A DNA stretch of 64,000 nt. Source: a virus. A model generated the notes under the pieces. The model was given only the letters and a program-made list of their open reading frames with translations, was not told where the DNA came from and made no database searches. Positions 56,606 through 64,000 of this stretch are shown here, one piece after another (the stretch's first letter is position 1; every line of letters starts with the position of its first letter). The translations under genes and the position numbers were made by a program. Where the stretch lies: positions 11,109 to 75,108 of IMG/VR virus record IMGVR_UViG_3300032315_001657; one strand, written 5' to 3'.

Positions 56606-58711
56606 ATGGCACGTTCAATTAATTCACCAGGTGTACAGATTACGGAAACAGATTTATCAAACTATCAGCAAATAGCTGGCGGTACAACCGTGCTTGTACC
56701 AGGTTTTGCTAAACAGGGTCCAACTGATGAAGTACTTTTAATCACTTCAGCTTCTGAGCTCGAGCAAGTTTATGGAGCACCATCAACACCAGCTGAAAAA
56801 TACTTTTACTATACAGCTAAAGAAGTTTTAAATTCCCCTGCTACTCTTTTAACTACTCGTATGCCTTATGGTTCAGGTAATGGCACAGGGTTTACTAATC
56901 AGTATAGCGCTCTTTTATATCCAGTAGCATCAGGCACTAATAGCTTCACTATTGGTCAACCAACACATATACCTCTTAATGATAGTCAGTATAGTAAATT
57001 AGTTCAAAATAATTTCGCATGGACCAGTCTATCAAGTACTTCTCTTACACCTAGTTTTTCAGCAACTTCAACAGGGGACGTATTAAATGCTGGTATCGTT
57101 ATTATCAATAATGCACAAACTACTCAAAATGAAATGTTTGAAGGTTATTATGTTAACTTAGCTGATAATACAGGCTTTGGTGGTAGTACTGATTTTGACG
57201 CTGTTACAGAATTCAAGGGTTTAACTGGCACTGGTGGTTTTTATACAGTTCCATCTACTAGAGTGGGTTTTGCTCTTTCTGGAACATTAGCAAATATCGG
57301 TTCTAACTCAATTTCTGAAACCATTGAGTTCTCTACTCAACTTCCTTTTAATAATAGTTCCTATAAAGATTCTCTCGTTTTATCAGTCTTTAAGATTCGT
57401 AATTCTATCTATGAGCCTGAGCTATTAACATTCACTCTTCAAGAATCTTATGTAGGCTCTCTTGATTCTAATAGATTTACGACTGAAGGAGTGACTTTTT
57501 CTTTACAAAGTAAGGTTAATGCCTCATCCCAAAATCTACGCATTTTACTTAACCCAAATATTTCAGACAAAACTAATTGGTCAAGTCTAACATCAGGTGA
57601 TCCAAGTACATCAGTTACAGTAAATTCAAACAATAAAGCCTTATACCCTGTAGGTGTTTACCTGCCGGAATATGAGTTCTCTACTTCAAAAGAAATAGGC
57701 AGTGTAAATCTTAAAATAGAGAGAGCCTTATCATTAGTTGATTCTACAGAAACAATTGATATTGATGTTGTAACTGATGCCGGTCTAAGTACAATATTTG
57801 CAACAGCCTCTGGTGCTCAGACTTTTGATGATACAGTCTTTATATCTGCTGCTGAACTAGCTAGCGAAAATTCTTCTGTTGTACAGCGCTGGAAAACAAT
57901 TTTTAATACTTTCAACGGCTTTGTGCAAAACACTCGTAAGGATTGTATGTTTATAGCAGACCCATTAAGACAGATTTTTGTTACAGGTCCTGATACCAAG
58001 ACATTATCAATTAGAGGTAATACATTTTCAGCAAACATTTATAACCCTCTTAAGAATCTTATCAGTACAGTTAATTCAAACTATGCTGCTCTGTATGGTA
58101 ACTGGGTAAAACAATATGATAGTGTTTCAGATAAATTTATGTGGATGCCATCTTCAGGTTATGTTGCTGCTATATACTCTCGCACAGATGATGTAGCTCA
58201 ACCATGGATTGCACCTGCAGGTTTAAATCGTGGTGCTATTAATAGTATAGTGGATTTAGGTTTTAATCCTAACCAAAAACAAAGAGACTTCTTATATACA
58301 ATTTCAATTAACCCAATAGTATCTTTTGCTAGAGACGGTTTTGTAGTATTTGGTCAAAAGACATTACAAAATAAACCATCTGCATTTGATAGAGTAAATG
58401 TACGTCGTCTATTCTTAACACTTGAGCGTGCTACACAAAAATCATTAAAGTATTTCGTATTTGAGTCGAATACTGAATTTACACGTACAAGACTTAAAAA
58501 TACTATTACACCCGTATTTGAATTAGCTAAAAATACAGAAGGTTTATATGATTATCTAATTATCTGCGACGAGAGAAATAACACACCTGATGTTATTGAT
58601 CGTAACGAACTTGCAGTAGATGTTTATATTAAGCCTGTTAAAGCAGCAGAGTTTATTTTAGTTAACTTTATTGCAACACGCACTGGTCAAAACTTTCAAG
58701 AACTTATCTAA
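56606..58711 (+). CDS. Tail sheath protein (gp18)
   Basis: SPGVQITETD, RKDC, PWIAPAGLNRG, FGQKT, AFDRVNVRRLF, EFILVNF. Confidence 0.96.
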   Translation: MARSINSPGVQITETDLSNYQQIAGGTTVLVPGFAKQGPTDEVLLITSASELEQVYGAPSTPAEKYFYYTAKEVLNSPATLLTTRMPYGSGNGTGFTNQYSALLYPVASGTNSFTIGQPTHIPLNDSQYSKLVQNNFAWTSLSSTSLTPSFSATSTGDVLNAGIVIINNAQTTQNEMFEGYYVNLADNTGFGGSTDFDAVTEFKGLTGTGGFYTVPSTRVGFALSGTLANIGSNSISETIEFSTQLPFNNSSYKDSLVLSVFKIRNSIYEPELLTFTLQESYVGSLDSNRFTTEGVTFSLQSKVNASSQNLRILLNPNISDKTNWSSLTSGDPSTSVTVNSNNKALYPVGVYLPEYEFSTSKEIGSVNLKIERALSLVDSTETIDIDVVTDAGLSTIFATASGAQTFDDTVFISAAELASENSSVVQRWKTIFNTFNGFVQNTRKDCMFIADPLRQIFVTGPDTKTLSIRGNTFSANIYNPLKNLISTVNSNYAALYGNWVKQYDSVSDKFMWMPSSGYVAAIYSRTDDVAQPWIAPAGLNRGAINSIVDLGFNPNQKQRDFLYTISINPIVSFARDGFVVFGQKTLQNKPSAFDRVNVRRLFLTLERATQKSLKYFVFESNTEFTRTRLKNTITPVFELAKNTEGLYDYLIICDERNNTPDVIDRNELAVDVYIKPVKAAEFILVNFIATRTGQNFQELI

Positions 58712-58724
58712 TAAATAATAGTAT

Positions 58725-59300
58725 ATGGCACAAAACATCTCAGATTTCTACAGAGTAGTACAACAAAACGATTTTGCACGTCAATTTCAATTTAGAGTTG
58801 TACAGTTAGCAAATACAAACTTCAATGAAGATCAGCTCGTATATCTGGAAACAGCAACACTACCAGGTCGTTCATTAAACAATGTTCAGGTCCCGTTCAT
58901 GGGTCTAAATTTTAATGTACCCGGTACAGCATCATATCCAGGATCAGAAAGCTATAGTGTCACATTCCGTTGTGACCAAAACTATAATATCCGTGCAGTA
59001 TTAGAAAATGCTACATTTAACTCTTTTGATGATGGTACCTCAACTGGGGACTACAACATCGCAAGAAACTCTTCAGTAATTACTTTAAACCTTCTCGGTA
59101 AAAATGGTTCAACAATTCGTCAATACACCCTATACGGTGCTTATGTAGTATCTGTACAAGATTCAACATATAACTTAGGTGATGCTGGCTCAATTGTAAC
59201 TGTACCTGCTACATTAGCTTATCAGTACTGGAGAGTTACTACGGCAACAACACAAGCCGTTCCTACTACTACTGAAACAGTTGGTCCTCTTGGCCTTTAA
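58725..59300 (+). CDS. Tail tube protein (gp19)
   Basis: Follows the sheath; ARQFQF, ATLPG, VPFMG, TLAYQYW. Confidence 0.88.
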   Translation: MAQNISDFYRVVQQNDFARQFQFRVVQLANTNFNEDQLVYLETATLPGRSLNNVQVPFMGLNFNVPGTASYPGSESYSVTFRCDQNYNIRAVLENATFNSFDDGTSTGDYNIARNSSVITLNLLGKNGSTIRQYTLYGAYVVSVQDSTYNLGDAGSIVTVPATLAYQYWRVTTATTQAVPTTTETVGPLGL

Positions 59301-59331
59301 AATAGTTTAAAGCAATAAGTAATATTGCACC

Positions 59332-60108
59332 ATGGCCAAGCCAGAACTAGGCAGTCAAATATCGTTTTTTTTAGAAAACTTTCTAAGTAAACCAGCCAGC
59401 GCCCTCCCTAAAGGCTCTCAATGGATACTGGTTTTTGAAGGACCGTTTCAGGATGGTTCAACTAGTGAAAGAGATTTTAATGAAGTATTGCCTGTCCCAG
59501 CTATTCGTTTAGCAAGTAATTACGAACCTCGTAACTGGGATACAGAAGCTGCTATCAGCACCACCCTTACTAAAGATTACCAAGAAACAAAAGGCTGTCT
59601 ATTTGTGCAGGCAGTTTCTATACCCGGAGAATCTAATGTTGCAAACCCTGAAGGATTAATGCAATCAGGTTACATAAGAACTTTTGTTGGCGGCGGCAGA
59701 GACCCGTTTCAAAATTTACAAATCTCATTTTTAGAAACTAATGTTAGTTTTGTGGATAATGTTATTAGACCCTGGGTTGTTGCTACAGCACATTTAGGTC
59801 TAATTGCACGCACTGGAGCTAAAAACTATCGGTGTAATATTTCTGTTTATAAGCTCGGTGTTATTACTCCTGCAGAAACACCATTCGTATTAATGAAGTA
59901 TACCTTTTACGGGGTATGTCCTATAAGTGTAACAGGGGAAGAATATAATTACACTCAAGTTAGCACAGCTATTAATAGAGAGGCTACATTTATATATCAC
60001 TACTACACAGTAGAGTCTAGTGCAGGCAATTTAGCTGCTATTAATAATAATGCCAATATACCCTTACCTTTAAGCACGAAGGACCCTCGAGTTAATATTC
60101 TTAGATAG
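59332..60108 (+). CDS. Baseplate tail-tube initiator / tube paralog (gp54-like)
   Basis: VSIPG, ISFLET, YTFYGVCPISV, F.YHYY tube-fold pattern. Confidence 0.6.
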   Translation: MAKPELGSQISFFLENFLSKPASALPKGSQWILVFEGPFQDGSTSERDFNEVLPVPAIRLASNYEPRNWDTEAAISTTLTKDYQETKGCLFVQAVSIPGESNVANPEGLMQSGYIRTFVGGGRDPFQNLQISFLETNVSFVDNVIRPWVVATAHLGLIARTGAKNYRCNISVYKLGVITPAETPFVLMKYTFYGVCPISVTGEEYNYTQVSTAINREATFIYHYYTVESSAGNLAAINNNANIPLPLSTKDPRVNILR

Positions 60109-60143
60109 CTTGTTAATTTCATTTTAAAAGATAAGTTATATAA

Positions 60144-61079
60144 GTGAGTGTAGATTTTATAAATACAACCTCTATTAGCAATATTAATATTGACTATAAA
60201 GAGTTGAAGGTCAAACACCTAAAAGTAATATACAAGACTTTAATTGGAGAGACGCCTGAACCTTCAAATGTTTTTAATAACTTCAATAATATACTTTGTA
60301 ATGTTACAAATTTATCAAAAACAAAAATATTAGAGCTTTCTATAATTGAGTACTTCCTTCTACTATTCACTATAAGATGTACAAGTGTAGGTGATACAAT
60401 ATTTGCTGAATTAACTGATACTAAAAATACAAAAATAGAAATTAATATTAATAAGCTTATTACCTTACTACAAGATATTAATACTATAGAAATATTAACC
60501 CCTAATAATGTAGCTGACTTTACTATTTTTTACAGAATACCTTCTATAAGGGATTGTATTACTTTTAATACCGAAAAAAACTTAGATAGTTTATATTCGT
60601 ACTTTGTTCATAGTATAATCTGTAAAGATGTGTCAATTAATTTTTATGAAAAAGACTTTGCTACTAAGCAACTTCTACTAAATGAATTACCAGCTAAATT
60701 AACAGCAACAATAATTAAAAAGGTGTATGAAATTATTGAAACTTTTAACAAGATTAATTTACTTGGAAATATAACACCCCTAAAAAGTAAGTCTTTATCT
60801 TTTAATTTTAATATTGAAAATTTAATTTTTATTATAAAGTTATTGTTTGGAGATCAGTTAATGTCTTTGTATGACAACATTCTAACTTTATGTAAGTATA
60901 CTCATTTCACTCCCGAGTATATTGAAGAGAGTACCCCTGGTGAATATTTTCTTTATATTAAGAAACTTAAAGCTCTAAACTCTAAACAGGATAATAATAT
61001 ACCGCCACAAAATGAAAACTTTTCAGAACCTTTTTCAGATTTGCCTCCGATAACCTCTCGTTCCGAATTTACTCCATAA
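60144..61079 (+). CDS. Baseplate hub assembly protein (gp26-like with a gp51-like C-terminus)
   Basis: FLLLFTIRCTSVGD; C-terminal FTPEYIEE.TPGE; GTG start. Confidence 0.6.
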   Translation: MSVDFINTTSISNINIDYKELKVKHLKVIYKTLIGETPEPSNVFNNFNNILCNVTNLSKTKILELSIIEYFLLLFTIRCTSVGDTIFAELTDTKNTKIEININKLITLLQDINTIEILTPNNVADFTIFYRIPSIRDCITFNTEKNLDSLYSYFVHSIICKDVSINFYEKDFATKQLLLNELPAKLTATIIKKVYEIIETFNKINLLGNITPLKSKSLSFNFNIENLIFIIKLLFGDQLMSLYDNILTLCKYTHFTPEYIEESTPGEYFLYIKKLKALNSKQDNNIPPQNENFSEPFSDLPPITSRSEFTP

Positions 61080-61113
61080 TGGATATTTTAATTATACTAT
61101 ATAAATACTTTCA

Positions 61114-61929
61114 ATGAGTGCTAATACAGATGATATTTTAAAGATGTTAAAGGACATTGAAAGTACCTTTAGCTACTCTGTCTATATACCCTCATTAAAA
61201 AAGGAAGTAAACTTTAAGCAACTTACCACCGAGCAACTTAAAACACTTTATAAAACTACTATCAATAGAGCTATTCTAAATTTAGAATTTAACACCAATT
61301 TTAATAACATTATAAAAGAAAATTGCCTAGATGTAGAAGTAGATATTAATAAATTAACAATTTATGATAAAATTTTTATTTTTGTTAAAACCAGAATTGA
61401 GTGTTTATCGCCTGATATTAAGTTTTATTTAAATGAAGACGAAAAAGATAAACTTAACACAACTGATAACACTGTTGTAATATCAATTTTAGAGCACTAT
61501 AATAAGTTTGTCGATAAAAAAATATGCTTTGAAAAACAGACATATAATGCAAACCAGTGTAGTATTGTTTGTGATATTCCTGAGCTAGAGGTTGAGAATA
61601 AATTTCAAAAAGAGTTAACAGCAGCAACCTTAGCTGATACAAGAACAGTTCAATTAGCTGAAATAGTTGGAGATACGTTTGTTAATGAAATTACTAAATT
61701 TATAGTTTTTTTAAAAATAGAAGATACTGAAATTAACTTAAAAGAAACTGACTTTAAAACTAGATTAGATATCGTTAAAGCTCTTCCAGCTAATTTAATT
61801 AAGAATGTTTTAGAATATATAGAAGATTACAAGCTAAAAATAAATGAGCTTTTATCTATTAAAATAGATATAAACGGACAAATAGTTACTAAAGAAATAC
61901 CTTTAGACGCCTCTTTTTATAGTATATAA
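61114..61929 (+). CDS. Baseplate hub assembly protein (gp26-like paralog)
   Basis: IPSLKKEVNFKQLT, LTIYDK..IFVKTR, DASFY. Confidence 0.65.
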   Translation: MSANTDDILKMLKDIESTFSYSVYIPSLKKEVNFKQLTTEQLKTLYKTTINRAILNLEFNTNFNNIIKENCLDVEVDINKLTIYDKIFIFVKTRIECLSPDIKFYLNEDEKDKLNTTDNTVVISILEHYNKFVDKKICFEKQTYNANQCSIVCDIPELEVENKFQKELTAATLADTRTVQLAEIVGDTFVNEITKFIVFLKIEDTEINLKETDFKTRLDIVKALPANLIKNVLEYIEDYKLKINELLSIKIDINGQIVTKEIPLDASFYSI

Positions 61930-61958
61930 ACAATTCTCTTCTTAAATATTAAGAGAAG

Positions 61959-63431
61959 ATGAATGAGTTAAATTTAACAGATAATACCCAGCAGCTTATA
62001 GGGGAAATGTTTCGTAATAGATTTGGTATTATATTAGAGGAGCTTTCTCAAAAAAATCCTAAAGCTTTTGAATCTATCTTAAAAGAAGCTGTTGCTCAAG
62101 AGGCTATTAAAAAATTTAGTTTTAAAGGACTCTTTACAAGTTTAGAAAAAGGAGGTTTATTTGGTCGTAATGGTGTATTTAGTTTTTTAGGTAAAACGCT
62201 GTTTAAGAAACCTACCTCTACTGATTTAGTTGCTAAACCACCCTTAGGTAGAGACGGGGGTACTAATATTGATACTTCATCAATAGTATCTTCATCCCCT
62301 TTACAAACAAATACAAGACAGGTCAAACAGCCTAGAGAGAAAGAATTTTTTCAAAAGGAAGTTAAGCCTATACCTATAGAGTTTGATGGGTTTACTCAAA
62401 AAGGCAAAGACGAATTTGCTGAAGTACTACCCCCTATATTTGAAGATATTTTAAAGAATGTTTTTAAAGGAGAAGCATTTACAAGTTTACTGGGAGGATT
62501 GCAACCTGAAAAAGAAGAAGAATATGGCTCAGGTCTAATACCCGGTTTATTAAGCTTTTTAGGGGCAAGCTCTTTATTTGGCGGTAAGGGAAGAGCATCA
62601 AGTAAAAGAAGTATTTTAAGAAATCCGTTTCGCAGATCTAGAACGAGCCAGGTAAGGGCCCCAAGAGCTGGTCAAACAACAGGTACTGCTCTTCCGAAGA
62701 CTGCTCCCCCTATAGCCGCAAAGCCTGCTCTTCCTACATCTACAACAACTACATCTCCAGCTGTAAAAGGAGCTACTAAAGCTGCAGGTACAGGTGCGCT
62801 TAAGGGAGCAGGCCGCGGCCTCGCTCGAGGGGTACCTATCTTAGGAACAGTACTAACAGCAGGTATGCTTGCCTCTGATCTTTCTGGTGTATCTGAACAA
62901 GAAGAAAAAGGAGAAATAACCCAAAAGGAAGCCTATCAAGCTAAAGGAGGAGCAATAGGAGGCGCTGGTGGGGCATTAGCGGGGGCCGCAGGAGGTGCTG
63001 CGCTGGGCACTTTATTACTTCCAGGGGTAGGTACAGTAATTGGAGGCATTGCAGGAGGTATTCTAGGAAGTATGGCTGGAGAAGCTGGAGGAGCAGCTAT
63101 AGGTAGTACCATGGCTCCAGAAGAAGAACAGCCTATGGTTGCACCTGTCCCATCTCCTGAAATTCCTCAAATTGATATACCCGAACCAAGAGATTATTCT
63201 AAAACCCTTGATGATATTGCTAGTAACACTAATACTACTAGTAATAAAATTTCACGTCTTAGTGACGCCATTTTTGCTTTAGCAGGTACCCTTAAAACTC
63301 AACCATCCAACTCAACACCAAACGTTGCAGTAGTTAATAACCAGCAATCTCAAACCTCTTCTGCCTCTCAAATAGCTGCTTCTAATATAGATGCTATTCG
63401 TAGTGTACGTAGACAGTTTAACTTAGCCTGA
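61959..63431 (+). CDS. Tape-measure/baseplate-hub-like protein with a glycine zipper
   Basis: GGAIGGAGGALAGAAGGAALG...PGVGTVIGG; position after the gp26-like genes. Confidence 0.55.
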   Translation: MNELNLTDNTQQLIGEMFRNRFGIILEELSQKNPKAFESILKEAVAQEAIKKFSFKGLFTSLEKGGLFGRNGVFSFLGKTLFKKPTSTDLVAKPPLGRDGGTNIDTSSIVSSSPLQTNTRQVKQPREKEFFQKEVKPIPIEFDGFTQKGKDEFAEVLPPIFEDILKNVFKGEAFTSLLGGLQPEKEEEYGSGLIPGLLSFLGASSLFGGKGRASSKRSILRNPFRRSRTSQVRAPRAGQTTGTALPKTAPPIAAKPALPTSTTTTSPAVKGATKAAGTGALKGAGRGLARGVPILGTVLTAGMLASDLSGVSEQEEKGEITQKEAYQAKGGAIGGAGGALAGAAGGAALGTLLLPGVGTVIGGIAGGILGSMAGEAGGAAIGSTMAPEEEQPMVAPVPSPEIPQIDIPEPRDYSKTLDDIASNTNTTSNKISRLSDAIFALAGTLKTQPSNSTPNVAVVNNQQSQTSSASQIAASNIDAIRSVRRQFNLA

Positions 63432-63447
63432 GGTTATAAGTATTTAT

Positions 63448-64000
63448 ATGGCATCTCCAAATACAACACCATCCACTGGCTCTGGTCACTATGATGATGA
63501 TAAAGAGCTTTTTGGAAAATCAGCTACCTATCTTACGAGAAATCAAGGTCTTGTTTATGATGTTGTAAAAGAATATCCCTGGACCTTATCTAAAAATCAA
63601 GATTTACTTAATGAAGTACCGTACGTTAATTTAGTTGAGTTTGCAGTTGATGAGTCCACCATACAACAGCAAATTAGCTATTATGGTACAGCTGTTGCAG
63701 ATGCTGTTGCAAGTAATACTAATGTTTTAGCTCCTTATGAAAAACTATTTCCAAGAAATACTACTGGTAATGTTTATTCTTTTCCTTATTTTTCTGATAT
63801 TAATTTTCAGATAAATACACCCTCATGGCAATCTCTTGATGGACTAGAACAAGGTCAAAAATTTGCTGAAGGTGTTGGCGGACTCCTTTTTGGGGATGAA
63901 GGTGCTAGAAATGTTGGCAGAATAATTGAAGGGGCAGCTACTACCGCTGGCCTTGCCATGGCTGCAGCCTACCCTAAGATCGGTATAATGGACCGCCCTA
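63448..64000 (+). CDS. Baseplate protein (gp48-like?), 3' truncated
   Basis: Open frame MASPNTTPST...YPWT...FPYF to the window end; TATAAGTA upstream. Confidence 0.5.
   Translation, partial: MASPNTTPSTGSGHYDDDKELFGKSATYLTRNQGLVYDVVKEYPWTLSKNQDLLNEVPYVNLVEFAVDESTIQQQISYYGTAVADAVASNTNVLAPYEKLFPRNTTGNVYSFPYFSDINFQINTPSWQSLDGLEQGQKFAEGVGGLLFGDEGARNVGRIIEGAATTAGLAMAAAYPKIGIMDRP

Noticed and set aside
1307-62326. Short antisense or alternate-frame ORFs in the track (e.g. 1307, 19137, 24081, 30620, 47509, 51029, 57817, 62096)
   Set aside because: They are nested within well-supported genes and have no motifs or expression signals.
62940-63110. GC-rich repetitive stretch as a DNA repeat or foreign insert
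   Set aside because: It is explained by Gly/Ala glycine-zipper coding.
1-64000. Stop-codon reassignment, introns or inteins
   Set aside because: Core genes are full length in code 11, TAA/TAG/TGA all terminate genes, there is no suppressor tRNA, and gp43, gp41 and gp17 have normal sizes.

Overview
This is a 64 kb AT-rich segment of a large T4-like (contractile-tailed, myovirus-type) bacteriophage genome, read with genetic code 11. It carries the T4 replication, recombination and late-transcription core (gp61, UvsY/UvsW, gp55, gp47/gp46, gp43, UvsX, gp41, gp32, gp45), the large terminase and the start of the tail/baseplate module. Accessory content is rich. (i) A dispersed 7-deazaguanine pathway (folE, queD, queE, queF, a TGT/DpdA-like protein, a PurN-like formyltransferase and two P-loop kinases) points to N-formyl-preQ1 in DNA, possibly installed at the nucleotide level. 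(ii) An 11.5 kb sugar-synthesis and glycosyltransferase cassette sits between gp47 and gp46 and looks able to make a branched-chain 3,6-dideoxy sugar. (iii) There is a four-domain GT7-TPR-GT17-methyltransferase protein next to a SemiSWEET. (iv) There are nine tRNAs, including an Ile(UAU) tRNA with a long variable arm. (v) Ribosomal protein bS21 and an Hc1-like protein are encoded. (vi) About ten late genes share a T4 capsid-targeting-like N-terminal peptide, suggesting a cohort of packaged proteins that includes enzymes. Genes lack Shine-Dalgarno sites and often start 5-14 nt after a promoter. All calls come from motif recognition and synteny by eye; no database searches were run.
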